DNA of 64,000 nucleotides from Alphaproteobacteria bacterium (GTDB lineage Bacteria > Pseudomonadota > Alphaproteobacteria > UBA828): the NCBI GenBank assembly GCA_963667785.2, contig CAXXMU010000006.1, positions 992,001-1,056,000 on the forward strand. The letters are read 5' to 3'. The translations under genes and the position numbers were made by a program. The notes beneath the pieces were generated by a model. It searched no databases. It was not told the DNA's origin and saw nothing but the letters and a program-made list of their open reading frames with translations. Positions 17,013 to 28,170 of the stretch are shown here, piece after piece. Positions within the stretch are counted from its first letter, which is position 1. Each line of letters opens with the position of its first letter.

Positions 17013-18025
17013 TGGCCAAGGTGAGAGGCACCGGCCTCGCGGCCGTGAACTATCCGACCGGCATGCATCTCGGCGGCGATCCCACCCAGTCGCTGATCCA
17101 CATGACGCCGGCCGGCGACTTCGTCGTCACCATGGCGAGCGTCGACCTCGGCCAGGGGCTGCGCACCGTGCTGGCGCAGATTGCGGCCGAGACCCTGGGC
17201 GTTCCCTACGAGAGCATCGTGGTGGAGACCGCCGATACCGACACCGGCCCCCATTGCACCGGCACCTTCGCGAGCCGCACCACCCACCGCGCCGGCAACG
17301 CGGTGGTGATGGCGGCGCAGGAGGCGCGCACGGCGATGCTCGAGGCGGCCGGCGAGCTGCTGGAAGCGAGCCCGGAGGATCTGGAGACCGATGGCGCCGG
17401 CAACATCCACATCAAGGGCGTGGCCGGGAAGTCGGTATCGGTCGGCGAGGTGGCGGGCGCCGCCCACTTCGCCTTCGGCAAGACCATCGCGGGGCGCGGC
17501 GCCTACCTCAAACCGCCGAGCCCGATGGACCCGGAGACCGGCGCCTGCGATCCGGATTCGACCCAAGCGCACGCCTGCACCGTCGTCGAGGTCGAGGTCG
17601 ATACCGAGACCGGGATGGTCGAGGTGCTCGACGTCAAGGCCGTCTACGAGGTGGGGCAGCAGGTGAATCCCGACCTGGTGAAGGGCCAGATCGTCGGCGG
17701 GGCCTGGATGGGCATAGGCCATGCCCTCTACGAGACCACCGCGCCCGGCTATCCGGCGATCGATCCGGCGCCGGTGGACTTCCAGAACTACCTCCAGCCC
17801 GGCGCGCACGAGACGCCCGAGATCACCTGCGAGGTCCTGGAGTTCCCGGCCGACAGCGGCCCCTACGGCGGCAAGGGCGTGGGCGAGATGGTGACCAACG
17901 GCCCGATCCCGGCGATCGTGAACGCCATCAACAACGCGCTCGATGTCCGCATCACCGAGATCCCGGTGACGCCCGAGGTGGTGCTGCGCGCCATCGAAGA
18001 GAAGCAGGCCCAGGCCGAAGGCTGA
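17012..18025 (+). CDS. Xanthine-dehydrogenase-family molybdopterin subunit, C-terminal half
   Basis: DLGQG, GTFASR, GQIVGG, GGKGVGE (catalytic Glu); TGATG coupling. Confidence 0.92.
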   Translation: MAKVRGTGLAAVNYPTGMHLGGDPTQSLIHMTPAGDFVVTMASVDLGQGLRTVLAQIAAETLGVPYESIVVETADTDTGPHCTGTFASRTTHRAGNAVVMAAQEARTAMLEAAGELLEASPEDLETDGAGNIHIKGVAGKSVSVGEVAGAAHFAFGKTIAGRGAYLKPPSPMDPETGACDPDSTQAHACTVVEVEVDTETGMVEVLDVKAVYEVGQQVNPDLVKGQIVGGAWMGIGHALYETTAPGYPAIDPAPVDFQNYLQPGAHETPEITCEVLEFPADSGPYGGKGVGEMVTNGPIPAIVNAINNALDVRITEIPVTPEVVLRAIEEKQAQAEG

Positions 18026-18054
18026 TCGCGCCGCGCCTGCCCGAGCAGGGGCCC

Positions 18055-19152
18055 GTGCCCGGCGTCCTTTCAGACGGGCTCTCGCGAGGCCGGGCCGACG
18101 GGGCCCTGCGGTTCGCCCCCGCATGCGTCGTTGCGTGCGCCGTCGCCTGCACCCTGCTGCTGTCTGCCTTCTGGCCGAGCGCCGCCGCTTCCGACGACCG
18201 GGGCGGGCACAGCATCGCGACGCCGCTGCGCATCGTGAACCTCAACCCGTTTCATCTCCTCTACGGCGTGCCCGGCTCCTTCGGCACGCCCGTGCTGGCG
18301 CCGGGCTCGTCGCAATTGATCGCGGCGCTGGACATGGCGTCCCACCTGCGCGTGGGCGATTCCGGCGCGGAACAGGTCATGATCGACGGGGAGACCTACA
18401 GGCAGTCGCTCACCCTGCGGCAGGGCTTGGGCAACGGCTGGGAGTATCTGCTGGACCTCGCCTTCGTTTCGCACAGCGCCGGCCACTTCGACCGCTTCAT
18501 CGAGGACTGGCACAGCGCGTTCGGACTGCCCCAGGGCAACCGGGACACCACGCCCCGCAACCGGCTGGCGCTCTCCTACGCACGTGACGGCGTGACTCAT
18601 GTCGACATCGACAGCGGCGTCTCCTCCCTCGGCGACGTGAGCCTCGGCGTCGGCTATGCGGTGCCGAATCCGCCGTTCAACAACGACGGCATGACGGTGA
18701 GGGGCGCGCTGAAGCTTCCCACCGGCGACGAAGCGGACCTCACCGGATCGGGCGGACTGTCGCTCGCCACCTGGGCGGAAACCTCGGGCGCCCTCTTCGA
18801 CTCAGCCGCGTCGCGCGAGTGGCTCTACAGCGCCACGCTGGGCCTGCTCGCCGGCGAGGCGCCGCGCAACCTGCCGGGAATCGGCGAGCGGTTCATCGCC
18901 TTCGGGCGCTTCGGCGTGACCTGGCAGCTTCTCTCCGACTTCAACCTGACGACGCAGCTCGACGTTCACTCCTCGCCCTATGGCGGCTCCGCCCTCGCCC
19001 CGCTCTCGGACCCGGTCGTCATGATCGGGCTCGGGGGGTCGTGGACCTTCAGCGAGAACACGACGCTGGAGATCGCCGTCACCGAGGACGACGGCACCTT
19101 CCATGCCACACCCGACACCGGCCTGCATGTCGCGCTGAGCTGGAGGCTGTAG
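18055..19152 (+). CDS. DUF3187-like outer-membrane protein
   Basis: Signal peptide; NLNPF, IDGET, DRFIEDWHSAFGLPQG, LKLPTG; beta-barrel-like C-terminus. Start uncertain. Confidence 0.75.
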   Translation: MPGVLSDGLSRGRADGALRFAPACVVACAVACTLLLSAFWPSAAASDDRGGHSIATPLRIVNLNPFHLLYGVPGSFGTPVLAPGSSQLIAALDMASHLRVGDSGAEQVMIDGETYRQSLTLRQGLGNGWEYLLDLAFVSHSAGHFDRFIEDWHSAFGLPQGNRDTTPRNRLALSYARDGVTHVDIDSGVSSLGDVSLGVGYAVPNPPFNNDGMTVRGALKLPTGDEADLTGSGGLSLATWAETSGALFDSAASREWLYSATLGLLAGEAPRNLPGIGERFIAFGRFGVTWQLLSDFNLTTQLDVHSSPYGGSALAPLSDPVVMIGLGGSWTFSENTTLEIAVTEDDGTFHATPDTGLHVALSWRL

Positions 19153-19188
19153 CGCCGGGCAAGGGCCCCTGCCGGCCCAAGGCCGGGG

Positions 19189-19228
19189 GCGTCACGACGC
19201 TGTCACCCGGCTGTCTGACGGCCGTAAC
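19189..19228 (+). promoter_or_regulatory. Pho box (PhoB sites) upstream of phoX
   Basis: Four heptamers at an exact 11-bp period (GCGTCAC, CTGTCAC, CTGTCTG, CCGTAAC) versus the CTGTCAT consensus. Confidence 0.7.
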
Positions 19229-19316
19229 CGGCCGAGGCTATCCCGGCCCGTGCCTGCAGCGCGCACGCGCGGCGCGGGCCCGGACACGGAGCGTCGTTCG
19301 ACCACGGGAGATGGAC

Positions 19317-21224
19317 ATGCGCGATCACGCGGTGGCCGCACGGGACGCGGTCTCACAGGGCGATGCCGGCGGGCACGACGGCCGGCACGCGGCGCCCACC
19401 GACTTCGAGCGCCTGGCCGAGAGGGCGATCTCGCGGCGCGGTTTCCTCCGCGGCAGCGCAGCCTGCGGGGCGGTCGCGTTCGTGCTGGGTGCCGGCGCCA
19501 TGGGCGCGCTGCCGGCGCGCGCCGGGGGCACAGGTCTCGCGTTCACGCCGGTCGCCGCCAACGGGCTCGACACGATCACCCTGCCGGAGGGCTTCGGCTG
19601 GCACGTGGTGGCGCGCTGGGGCGATCCGCTCTGGTCAGACGGCGCGCCGTTCGACCATGCGACGCGCGGAACCGGCGCGAGCCAGGAAAGAGCCTTCGGC
19701 GACAACAACGACGGCATGGCGCTCTTTAGCGACGGCACAAGCAGCGTGCTTGCCGTGAACAACGAGTACACCAACCTCGCTATCGCCTTCGCCAACCGTG
19801 AGTCGGGGAAGACCGAGACCGAGGACGACGTGCGCAAGTGCAAGGCCGCGCACGGCGTCTCCATCGTCGAGATCGCCCGGGCCGACGGCACCTGGCGGAT
19901 CGTCCAGGATTCTCCCTACAACCGCCGCATCACCCCCGACACGCCGATGCGGATCACGGGCCCCGCGCGCGGCCACGACATGATGAAGACCGCGACCGAC
20001 CCAGCCGGAACGACGGCGCTCGGCACCTGGAACAACTGCGGCAACGGGCGCACGCCGTGGGGCACCTATCTCGCCTGCGAGGAAAACTTCAACGGCTACT
20101 TCTCGTCGAGCGATCCGGACGTCGCCCTTCCCGACGGCTTCAAGCGCTACGGCATCAAGGCGGAAGACTGGGGCTACGGCTGGGCGATGACGGACGAGCG
20201 CTTCGACGTCTCCAGGCACCCCAACGAGCCGCACCGCGCCGGCTACGTCGTCGAGATCGACCCGCTCGATCCTGCATCCACGCCGAGGAAGCTGACGGCG
20301 CTCGGCCGCTTCAAGCACGAGAACGCGGAGGTGACGCTCGCCGCCGACGGCCGGGTCGTGGTCTATCTCGGCGACGACGAGCGGGGCGAGTTCCTCTATC
20401 GCTTCGTGAGCGACGGCGTCTACGCGGAAGGCGGCGACAGCGCCGGCCTGCTGGAAAGCGGCACCCTCTCGGTCGCGCGCTTCGCCGACGACGGCCGCGG
20501 CGAGTGGGTCGCGCTCACGCCCGAGACGACCGGCATGGCATCCCAGGCCGAGATCTGCATCCACACCCGCCAGGCTGCGTCCGCGGTGGGTGCCACGACC
20601 ATGGACCGGCCCGAATGGGTCGCGGTCAATCCGGGCAAGGCCGAGGCCTATTGCTGCCTGACCAACAACAAGAACCGCGGGGTCAAGCCCAATGCGGGCG
20701 GCGATCCGACGCCGGTGGGCGGCCCCAACCCGCGGGAGAAGAACAAGTACGGCCAGATCGTCCGCTGGGCGCCGGAAGGCGGCGACCACGCGGCCGAGAC
20801 CTTCGCCTGGGACCTCTACGTGGTGGCGGGCAACCCCACCGTTCATGCCGACGCGCGCGCCGGTTCCGCCAACGTGAATGCGGGCAACATGTTCAACTCG
20901 CCGGACGGCCTCGCCTTCGACAGCCAGGGCCGGCTCTGGATCCAGACCGACGGCACGTACTCGAACGAGGGCGACTTCGCCGGCCAGGGCAACAACGTGA
21001 TGCTGGTCGGTGACCCCGCCAGCGGCGAGATTCGCCGCTTCCTCGTCGGCCCCCGCGAATGCGAGGTCACCGGGATCGCCTGGAGCGTCGATCGCACCAC
21101 CCTCTTCGTCGGCATCCAGCACCCCGGCGAGAAGGGCGACAGCCATTTCCCCGAGGGCGGCGACGCCGCGCCGCGCTCCGCCGTCGTGGCGATCACCCGC
21201 GACGACGGCGGCGTGATCGGCTGA
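19317..21224 (+). CDS. phoX: Tat-exported alkaline phosphatase PhoX
   Basis: SRRGFL Tat motif; NNDGM, VNNEY, NCGNGRTPWGTYLACEEN, GRFKHE, MDRPE, SPDGL, IQTD, QHPG. Confidence 0.95.
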   Translation: MRDHAVAARDAVSQGDAGGHDGRHAAPTDFERLAERAISRRGFLRGSAACGAVAFVLGAGAMGALPARAGGTGLAFTPVAANGLDTITLPEGFGWHVVARWGDPLWSDGAPFDHATRGTGASQERAFGDNNDGMALFSDGTSSVLAVNNEYTNLAIAFANRESGKTETEDDVRKCKAAHGVSIVEIARADGTWRIVQDSPYNRRITPDTPMRITGPARGHDMMKTATDPAGTTALGTWNNCGNGRTPWGTYLACEENFNGYFSSSDPDVALPDGFKRYGIKAEDWGYGWAMTDERFDVSRHPNEPHRAGYVVEIDPLDPASTPRKLTALGRFKHENAEVTLAADGRVVVYLGDDERGEFLYRFVSDGVYAEGGDSAGLLESGTLSVARFADDGRGEWVALTPETTGMASQAEICIHTRQAASAVGATTMDRPEWVAVNPGKAEAYCCLTNNKNRGVKPNAGGDPTPVGGPNPREKNKYGQIVRWAPEGGDHAAETFAWDLYVVAGNPTVHADARAGSANVNAGNMFNSPDGLAFDSQGRLWIQTDGTYSNEGDFAGQGNNVMLVGDPASGEIRRFLVGPRECEVTGIAWSVDRTTLFVGIQHPGEKGDSHFPEGGDAAPRSAVVAITRDDGGVIG

Positions 21225-21232
21225 GCCTTCTG

Positions 21233-21259
21233 CCGGGCCGCCACGGCGTGGCGGCCCGG
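21233..21259 (+). terminator. GC-rich hairpin after phoX
   Basis: 12-bp stem CCGGGCCGCCAC/GTGGCGGCCCGG; only a short T tract follows. Confidence 0.45.
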
Positions 21260-21317
21260 TTCGGCCGCAGTTGACCGGCACGGCTAAGTCGGTAGTATTG
21301 GTCCGACCGGTCTTGCA

Positions 21318-21524
21318 GATGAACCCCGCGGGAGAGTTCGCGCGGCCGTGCCGCGCGGCGCCGAAGGAGCAAGCGTCCCGGAAACTCTCAGGCACCAGGG
21401 ACCGCGGGGGGATGCGACTCTGGAAAGCAGGCGGCAGCCGCGACGCCGCCTCACCGACGGGGTAAGCCGGCGGCAGGCTATCGGCCGCCCGGTTAATCTC
21501 TCAGGTTCCGAGACAGAGGGGGCA
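21318..21524 (+). ncRNA. Tandem glycine riboswitch
   Basis: Two aptamers, GGGAGAG...CCGAAGGAGCAA...AACTCTCAGGC and CTCTGGAAAG...CACCGACGGGGTAA...AATCTCTCAGG...GACAGAG, directly upstream of gcvT. Confidence 0.92.
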
Positions 21525-21578
21525 CCGGACGATCCCGCGCGGGATCGTGCCCCTGTCTGTGCGTGCCTGGGAGAAGCC

Positions 21579-22697
21579 ATGAGCGACGACGCCGGCGACG
21601 TCACCCTCGCCCGGACTCCGCTCTACGACGAGCACCGCGCCCTCGGCGCCACGCTGGTGGGGTTCGCCGGCTACGCCATGCCGGTGCGCTATCCGGCCGG
21701 CATCATGGCGGAGCACACGCACGCCAGGACCGCCGCCGGCCTCTTCGACGTCGCCCACATGGGCCAGGTCAGGCTCGGAGGCGCGGACGCGATCCCGGCC
21801 CTCGAGCGCCTGGTGCCGGGGGACATCGCCGGGCTCGCCTCCGGCGCCATGCGCTACACCCAGTTCACCAGTGACGACGGCGGCATCCTCGACGACCTGA
21901 TCGTGACCCGGATCGACGGCGGACTCCTGCTGGTGGTCAACGCGGCCTGCAAGGAGGCGGACCTCCGGCATCTGAACGAGAGGCTCGAGGGTGACGTGGC
22001 CCTCGAGGTGCTCGCCGAGCGCGCGCTGATCGCATTGCAGGGGCCGCAGGCGGCGGCGGTGCTGGAGCGCCATGCGCCGGGATGCGCCGGGCTCGGTTTC
22101 ATGACCGCAGGCCGGTTCACCATCGGCGGTACGGACGCCCTGATCTCGCGCTCGGGCTACACCGGCGAGGACGGCTTCGAGATTTCGCTGCCCACAGACG
22201 AGACGGCGGCGTTCTGGCGGGGACTCACGGCGGAGCCCGAGGTTGAGCCGGTCGGCCTCGGCGCCCGCGATTCGCTGCGCCTTGAGGCCGGGCTCTGCCT
22301 CTACGGCCACGACATCGACGAGACCACCTCGCCGGTCGAGGCCGGGCTCGCCTGGTCGATCGGCAAGCGCCGCCGGGCGGAGGGCGGCTTCCCCGGCGCG
22401 GAGCGGATTCGGCGCGAGCTGGCCGAGGGCCCCCGGCGGCGGCGCGTCGGCATCCGCCCGGACGGCCGGGCGCCGGCGCGCGAGGGCACAGCCGTGCTGG
22501 ACGCGGAGGGGACCACGATCGGCGCAGTCACCAGCGGCGGCTTCGGGCCGACCGTCGGCGGGCCGGTCGCCATGGGCTACGTCGCGGCGGAGGCCGCCGA
22601 GGCCGGCAGGCCGGTGTCGCTGCCGGTGAGGGACAAGCCCCGGCCGGCGACCATCGTCAAGCTGCCGTTCGTCCCCCACTCCTATCACCGACCGTGA
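21579..22697 (+). CDS. gcvT: Glycine cleavage T protein
   Basis: [34 protein letters not shown]. Confidence 0.96.
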   Translation: MSDDAGDVTLARTPLYDEHRALGATLVGFAGYAMPVRYPAGIMAEHTHARTAAGLFDVAHMGQVRLGGADAIPALERLVPGDIAGLASGAMRYTQFTSDDGGILDDLIVTRIDGGLLLVVNAACKEADLRHLNERLEGDVALEVLAERALIALQGPQAAAVLERHAPGCAGLGFMTAGRFTIGGTDALISRSGYTGEDGFEISLPTDETAAFWRGLTAEPEVEPVGLGARDSLRLEAGLCLYGHDIDETTSPVEAGLAWSIGKRRRAEGGFPGAERIRRELAEGPRRRRVGIRPDGRAPAREGTAVLDAEGTTIGAVTSGGFGPTVGGPVAMGYVAAEAAEAGRPVSLPVRDKPRPATIVKLPFVPHSYHRP

Positions 22698-22710
22698 GCG
22701 AGAGGTTTCC

Positions 22711-23094
22711 ATGAGCGGGCTCAAGTACAGCAAGGACCATGAATGGGTGCGGGTCGATGGCGATGTCGGCACCGTCGGCATCTCGGACTACGCCCAGGAG
22801 CAGCTCGGCGACGTGGTCTATGTCGAGCTGCCGGAGGTCGGCAGGACCGTCGCCCAGAACGAGGAGGCGGCGGTGGTCGAATCGGTCAAGGCCGCGAGCG
22901 AGGTCTATGCGCCGGTCTCCGGCGAGGTCGCCGAGGTCAATCAGGCGCTGGAAGACGACCCGGCGCTCGTGAACGGCGATCCGACCGGCGCGGGATGGTT
23001 CCTCAAGCTCCGGCTGAGCGCGCCCGGCGAGCTCGACGGGCTGATGGACGAGGCGGCCTACGCCGACTACGTCTCCGGGCTCGGCGACGACTAG
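22711..23094 (+). CDS. gcvH: Glycine cleavage H protein
   Basis: KDHEW; VESVKAASE lipoyl-Lys motif. Confidence 0.97.
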   Translation: MSGLKYSKDHEWVRVDGDVGTVGISDYAQEQLGDVVYVELPEVGRTVAQNEEAAVVESVKAASEVYAPVSGEVAEVNQALEDDPALVNGDPTGAGWFLKLRLSAPGELDGLMDEAAYADYVSGLGDD

Positions 23095-23181
23095 TCACGT
23101 CGCTGCGGCCGGCGGCAACAGGGTCTTGCGGAACGCGGCGACGACAAGCCGGCGTCCGCCGACGGGGAGGGAGCGATCGCG

Positions 23182-26076
23182 ATGACGGCACACGACGGTT
23201 CATTGACGGCTCTGGAGCAGGCTGACGCCTTCGTCGGCCGGCATATCGGCCCGCGCGAGGACGATCTCGCGGCCATGCTCGAGACCGTCGGCTACGACTC
23301 TCTCGACTCCCTCATGGACGCGGCGGTGCCGGAAGCGATCCGTGCCCGGATTCCGGAGGACTTCCCCGAAAGCCGCACGGAGCCGGACGTGCTGGCGGCG
23401 CTGGCGGCGCTGGCCGGGCAGAACCGCGTCGCGCGCTCCATGATCGGCCTCGGCTACCACGACACGATCACGCCGCCCGTCATCCAGCGCAACATCCTGG
23501 AGAACCCCGGCTGGTACACCGCCTACACCCCCTATCAGCCCGAGATTTCCCAGGGCCGACTGGAGGCGCTGCTCAACTTCCAGACCATGGTGATGGACCT
23601 CACAGGGCTCAACTGCGCCAACGCCTCGCTGCTGGACGAGGCGACGGCGGCGGCCGAGGCCATGCACATGAGTCACGGCATCGCCAGGAACGGCAGTGAC
23701 CGCTTCTTCGTCTCCGACGCCTGTCTGCCGCAGACCATCGCGGTGGTGCGGACCCGCGCCGACGCCATCGGCATCGAGGTGGAGGTGGGCGATCACCGCG
23801 CAGGCCTCCCTGAGGGCCCCTTCTTCGGCGTGCTGCTGCAATACCCCGAGACCGGCGGCGACGTGCCCGACTATGGCGGGATCGTCGAACAGGCGCACGC
23901 GCAGGGTGCGATCGTCACGGTCGCGGCGGACCTGCTCAGCCTCGTCCTGCTGACGCCGCCCGGCGCGTTCGGCGCCGACATCGCGGTCGGCAGCTCGCAG
24001 CGCTTCGGCGTCCCCCTCGGCTATGGCGGGCCGCACGCCGCCTACTTCGCCACCCACGAGAAGTACCGTCGCGCCATGCCGGGCCGGATCGTCGGCGTCT
24101 CGGTCGACAGCCGCGGCCGCCAGGCGCTCCGGCTCGCGCTCCAGACCCGCGAGCAGCACATCCGGCGCGAGAAGGCGACCAGCAACATCTGCACGGCGCA
24201 GGTCCTGCTCGGCGTCATCGCCGGCATGTATGCGGTCTATCACGGCCCGGAGGGGCTCACGCGGATCGCGCGCCGCGTCCACCGCCTCGCGGACATCCTC
24301 GCAGACGGGCTCGCGCGAATGGGCTTCGCGATCGAGAACGGGAGTTGGTTCGACACCCTCACGGTCCGCGCGCCCGGCGAGGCGGAAGCGATCCTGAGCC
24401 GGGCCGAGGCCGCCGGCTACAACCTGCGGCCGATCGACGGCGACCGCCTCGCCATCGCCTGCGACGAGACCACCACGAGAGCCGACATCGAGGCGGTGTG
24501 GCGCGCGTTCGCCGGCGGCGACGCCGATGTCGACGTGGCCGCGCTGGACGGCGAGGCCCGGTGCGGGCTGCCCGAGGGCCTCGCGCGCGAAACCCCCTTC
24601 CTCGAGCACCCGGTGTTCAACCTCTACCACGCCGAGACGGAGCTGCTCCGCTACATGCGACGTCTCGAGGGCAAGGATCTCACTCTCAACCAGGCCATGA
24701 TCCCGCTCGGCTCCTGCACCATGAAGCTCAACGCGACCGCCGAGATGATGCCGATCACCTGGCCCGGCTTCGGCGCCATCCACCCCTTCGCGCCCGCCGG
24801 GCAGACGGCCGGCTACCGCGAGCTCGTCGCCGGACTGGAAGGGATGCTGAGCGCCGTCACCGGCTTCGCCGCAGTCTCGCTCCAGCCCAACGCGGGCAGC
24901 CAGGGGGAGTATGCCGGGCTGCTGGTGATCCGCCGCTATCACGAGAGCCGCGGCGAGGGCCGCCGCAACGTCTGCCTGATCCCGAGCTCCGCCCACGGGA
25001 CCAACCCGGCGAGCGCGGTGATGGCCGGGATGACGGTGACCGTCGTGGCCTGCGACGACGACGGCAATGTCGACCTCGCCGACCTGCGCGCCAAGGCCGA
25101 GGCCCATGCGGACGACCTGGCGGCGCTGATGATCACCTACCCCTCCACGCACGGCGTCTTCGAGGAATCGATCGTCGAGATCTGCGAGGTCATCCACCGC
25201 AACGGCGGCCAGGTCTACATGGACGGCGCCAACCTCAACGCCCTGCTGGGGCTGAGCCTGCCCGGGCAGTTCGGCCCGGACGTGGCGCACCTCAACCTGC
25301 ACAAGACCTTCTGCATCCCTCACGGCGGCGGCGGGCCGGGGGTGGGGCCGATCGGCGTGGCGGCCCACCTCGCGCCCTTCCTGCCGGGCCATCCGCTGGT
25401 GCCGGAGTCAGGGCCGGCGGAAGGGATCGGCCCGGTCTCGGCGGCGCCCTGGGGCTCGGCCGGGATCCTGCCCATCTCCTGGGCCTACATCGCGATGATG
25501 GGGCGCTCGGGCCTCACGCGGGCGAGCCAGGTGGCGATCCTCAGCGCCAACTACATCGCCAGGCGTCTCGCCGATCACTATCCGGTGCTTTACACCGCCG
25601 CGAGCGGGCTGGTCGCGCACGAGTGCATCATCGAGATGCGGCACCTGAAGAAGAGCGCCGGCGTCGAGGTCGACGATGTGGCCAAGCGCCTGATGGACTT
25701 CGGCTTCCACGCGCCGACCATGTCCTTCCCGGTCGCCGGCACGCTGATGATCGAGCCGACCGAGAGCGAATCGAAGGCGGAGCTGGACCGCTTCTGCGAC
25801 GCGATGATCGCGATCCGCCGGGAGATCGCGGCGATCGAGGAGGGCCGCGCGGATGCCGCCGACAACCCGCTCAAGAACGCGCCCCACACCATGGACGACA
25901 TCGCCGACGACGCGTGGGAGCGCGGCTACAGCCGGGCCGACGCGGTCTTCCCCGCAGACGGCCTCAGGCAGGCCAAGTACTGGCCGCCGGTGAACCGGAT
26001 CGACCAGGTCCACGGCGACCGCAACCTGATCTGCGCCTGCCCGCCGCTGGAGAGCTACCAGGAGGCCGCGGAGTAG
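23182..26076 (+). CDS. gcvP: Glycine dehydrogenase (decarboxylating)
   Basis: [32 protein letters not shown]. Confidence 0.97.
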   Translation: MTAHDGSLTALEQADAFVGRHIGPREDDLAAMLETVGYDSLDSLMDAAVPEAIRARIPEDFPESRTEPDVLAALAALAGQNRVARSMIGLGYHDTITPPVIQRNILENPGWYTAYTPYQPEISQGRLEALLNFQTMVMDLTGLNCANASLLDEATAAAEAMHMSHGIARNGSDRFFVSDACLPQTIAVVRTRADAIGIEVEVGDHRAGLPEGPFFGVLLQYPETGGDVPDYGGIVEQAHAQGAIVTVAADLLSLVLLTPPGAFGADIAVGSSQRFGVPLGYGGPHAAYFATHEKYRRAMPGRIVGVSVDSRGRQALRLALQTREQHIRREKATSNICTAQVLLGVIAGMYAVYHGPEGLTRIARRVHRLADILADGLARMGFAIENGSWFDTLTVRAPGEAEAILSRAEAAGYNLRPIDGDRLAIACDETTTRADIEAVWRAFAGGDADVDVAALDGEARCGLPEGLARETPFLEHPVFNLYHAETELLRYMRRLEGKDLTLNQAMIPLGSCTMKLNATAEMMPITWPGFGAIHPFAPAGQTAGYRELVAGLEGMLSAVTGFAAVSLQPNAGSQGEYAGLLVIRRYHESRGEGRRNVCLIPSSAHGTNPASAVMAGMTVTVVACDDDGNVDLADLRAKAEAHADDLAALMITYPSTHGVFEESIVEICEVIHRNGGQVYMDGANLNALLGLSLPGQFGPDVAHLNLHKTFCIPHGGGGPGVGPIGVAAHLAPFLPGHPLVPESGPAEGIGPVSAAPWGSAGILPISWAYIAMMGRSGLTRASQVAILSANYIARRLADHYPVLYTAASGLVAHECIIEMRHLKKSAGVEVDDVAKRLMDFGFHAPTMSFPVAGTLMIEPTESESKAELDRFCDAMIAIRREIAAIEEGRADAADNPLKNAPHTMDDIADDAWERGYSRADAVFPADGLRQAKYWPPVNRIDQVHGDRNLICACPPLESYQEAAE

Positions 26077-26091
26077 CGCACCCGGCACGCC

Positions 26092-26646
26092 CTACCGGTT
26101 GGCGCCGGGGACCCAGAGCGTGTCGGTGGCGCCGTCGTCGTTGAGGTGGCGGGCCAGCACGAAGAGGTGGTCGGAGAGCCGGTTGGCGTAGACCACCGCC
26201 AGGGGATTCACGGGCTCGGTCTCCGCGAGCGCGGTGATCAGCCGCTCGGCGCGGCGCACCACCGTGCGCGCGAGATGCAGCGCCGCCGCAGCCCGGCTGC
26301 CGCCGGGCAGGACGAATGACTCGAGCGGCTGCAGGCGCTCGTTCAGCGCGTCGATCTCGCTCTCCAGCCGGTCGACCTGCGCCTGGGCGATGCGCAGGCC
26401 CTCGTCCAGCGGCCCCGGCCGGCAGAGATCCGCACCGAGGTCGAAGAGGTCGTTCTGGATGCGCTCCAGCATCGCGTCGGCCGCCCCCGCCGTCTCCAGA
26501 CGGGCGAGACCGATGGCCGCGTTGGCCTCGTCCACCGTGCCGTAGGCGTCGACCCTCGCATGGTGCTTCTTCACGCGCGCGCCGCCGCCGAGCGAGGTCT
26601 CCCCCGCATCGCCGCCGCGGGTGTAGATCCTGGTGAGCCGGACCAT
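26092..26646 (-). CDS. PduO-type cob(I)alamin adenosyltransferase
   Basis: IYTRGGDAGET, AYGTVDE, RRAER, NRLSD. Confidence 0.93.
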   Translation of the reverse strand: MVRLTRIYTRGGDAGETSLGGGARVKKHHARVDAYGTVDEANAAIGLARLETAGAADAMLERIQNDLFDLGADLCRPGPLDEGLRIAQAQVDRLESEIDALNERLQPLESFVLPGGSRAAAALHLARTVVRRAERLITALAETEPVNPLAVVYANRLSDHLFVLARHLNDDGATDTLWVPGANR

Positions 26647-26651
26647 GCGGC

Positions 26652-26846
26652 CTACTTCTGGACGACGAAGACCAGCAGCGCGAGCAGCGCGATCGCCGCG
26701 AACTGGAGGCCCACCCGCCAGCGCATGAAGACGTTGCTCTTGCTCTTCTTGCCGCCGGTGTACATCGCGCCGAGCCCCATCACGAGCACGACCACGACCG
26801 CGCCCATCAGGACGTAGACGGCGATCTCGAGAACGTCGGCCAGCAT
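26652..26846 (-). CDS. HIG1-like twin-TM small protein
   Basis: Two TM helices with SNVFMRWRVGLQ. Confidence 0.85.
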   Translation of the reverse strand: MLADVLEIAVYVLMGAVVVVLVMGLGAMYTGGKKSKSNVFMRWRVGLQFAAIALLALLVFVVQK

Positions 26847-27011
26847 GGCGCACCTCGCGGCCCGGCGCCCGCCCGGCACAGGCGGGGCCCTCAGGGCGGT
26901 ATCGCGCGTTATAGCGCGTCGCGTGCGCGCTGCCCACGGCCTTGGCGGATGGCCCTATAGTGGCCGAGACCCTCGTCGGAGGAACCGAACCCAGAGAGGA
27001 GCGGGCGAGCC

Positions 27012-28043
27012 ATGACGCAGACGAGCTGGCGCAATCGCAAGACCCTGATCCTGAGCCGCAGCGAAATGATCGGCCTGCTGGAGCCCGAGGAGTACGTCCG
27101 CTGCGTGGAAACCGCCTTCCGCCGCATGGGAGAGGGGCGGGTCTACATGGAGCCCAAGGGCCATATCGTGCTCGACCAGTATCCCGGCGAGTGGGAGATC
27201 ATGCCGTCCTACATCGAGGAGCCGGAGGCTGCGCCCGCCGCTGCCGCCTGCAAGTGGGTCTCCATCCGCTTCGAGAACCGCGCCAGGTTCAATCTCCCCA
27301 CCGTGTTCTCGATCCTGATCTACACGGAGCCGGAGACCGGATTTCCCCTCGCCATCGTGGACGGCACCCACCACACCCTGATGCGGACCGGGGCCTCCGG
27401 CGCCGTCTCCGCCAAGTGGATGGCACGGGAGGACTTCTCCGTGCTCGCGCTGGTCGGTGCCGGCGACGTGAACACCGGCGCCTTCCGCACCTGCGTCGCG
27501 ACGCATGACTGGAAGGAGGTCCGGGTCTGGAGCCGGACCCGGGCGACGCTGGATGCCTTCATGGCGAGCGAGCAGCCGAACCACCCCGATCTCGCGATCT
27601 CGCCCTCGACCGTGCTCGAGGACGTGGTGCCGGGCGCCGACGTGGTGGTCACCGGAACCACGGGCGAGACGCCGGTGCTCGGCAACGCGCTGATCGAGGA
27701 CGGCATGCATATCGCGGCCCTCGGCGGCGGCCTCGCCGGCACGCAGGAGCTCGACGTCGCCATCCTGCGGCGCGCGCGCATCATCGTCGACGACATGCGC
27801 CAGTGCATCACCGACGGCGAGATCAACGTGCCGCTGACCAGGGGCGAGCTCCAGGAGAGCGACGTGGCGGGCGACATCGGCGAGGTGATCACGGGCAAGA
27901 TCCCCGGCCGCACCTCGGCGAGCGAGGTCACGCTCTTCGATTCGACGGGGATCGCGCTCCAGGACTCAGCGACGCTGCCGCTCGAATACGAGCGGGCCAT
28001 CGCGGCGGGCGTCGGGATCGAGAAGAAGATGATCTCGACCTGA
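27012..28043 (+). CDS. Ornithine cyclodeaminase/mu-crystallin family protein
   Basis: MRTGASGA, VGAG, FDSTGIALQD. Confidence 0.9.
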   Translation: MTQTSWRNRKTLILSRSEMIGLLEPEEYVRCVETAFRRMGEGRVYMEPKGHIVLDQYPGEWEIMPSYIEEPEAAPAAAACKWVSIRFENRARFNLPTVFSILIYTEPETGFPLAIVDGTHHTLMRTGASGAVSAKWMAREDFSVLALVGAGDVNTGAFRTCVATHDWKEVRVWSRTRATLDAFMASEQPNHPDLAISPSTVLEDVVPGADVVVTGTTGETPVLGNALIEDGMHIAALGGGLAGTQELDVAILRRARIIVDDMRQCITDGEINVPLTRGELQESDVAGDIGEVITGKIPGRTSASEVTLFDSTGIALQDSATLPLEYERAIAAGVGIEKKMIST

Positions 28044-28170
28044 GCGCTGCCGGAGCGACGCCTCGTCCGGTAGCGGCGACGGGCGCGGACGCGCGTGGTC
28101 GTGCCTTGTGCGGGCCGGGGGCGACGGCCATCATCGGCGCGTCACGTCACAGCCAGCGGAGAAGCCGAGA

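Noticed and set aside
14334-18025. Aerobic CO dehydrogenase (coxMSL)
   Set aside because: The active-site loop is AMRGFG, not AYxCSFR, and the large subunit is split.
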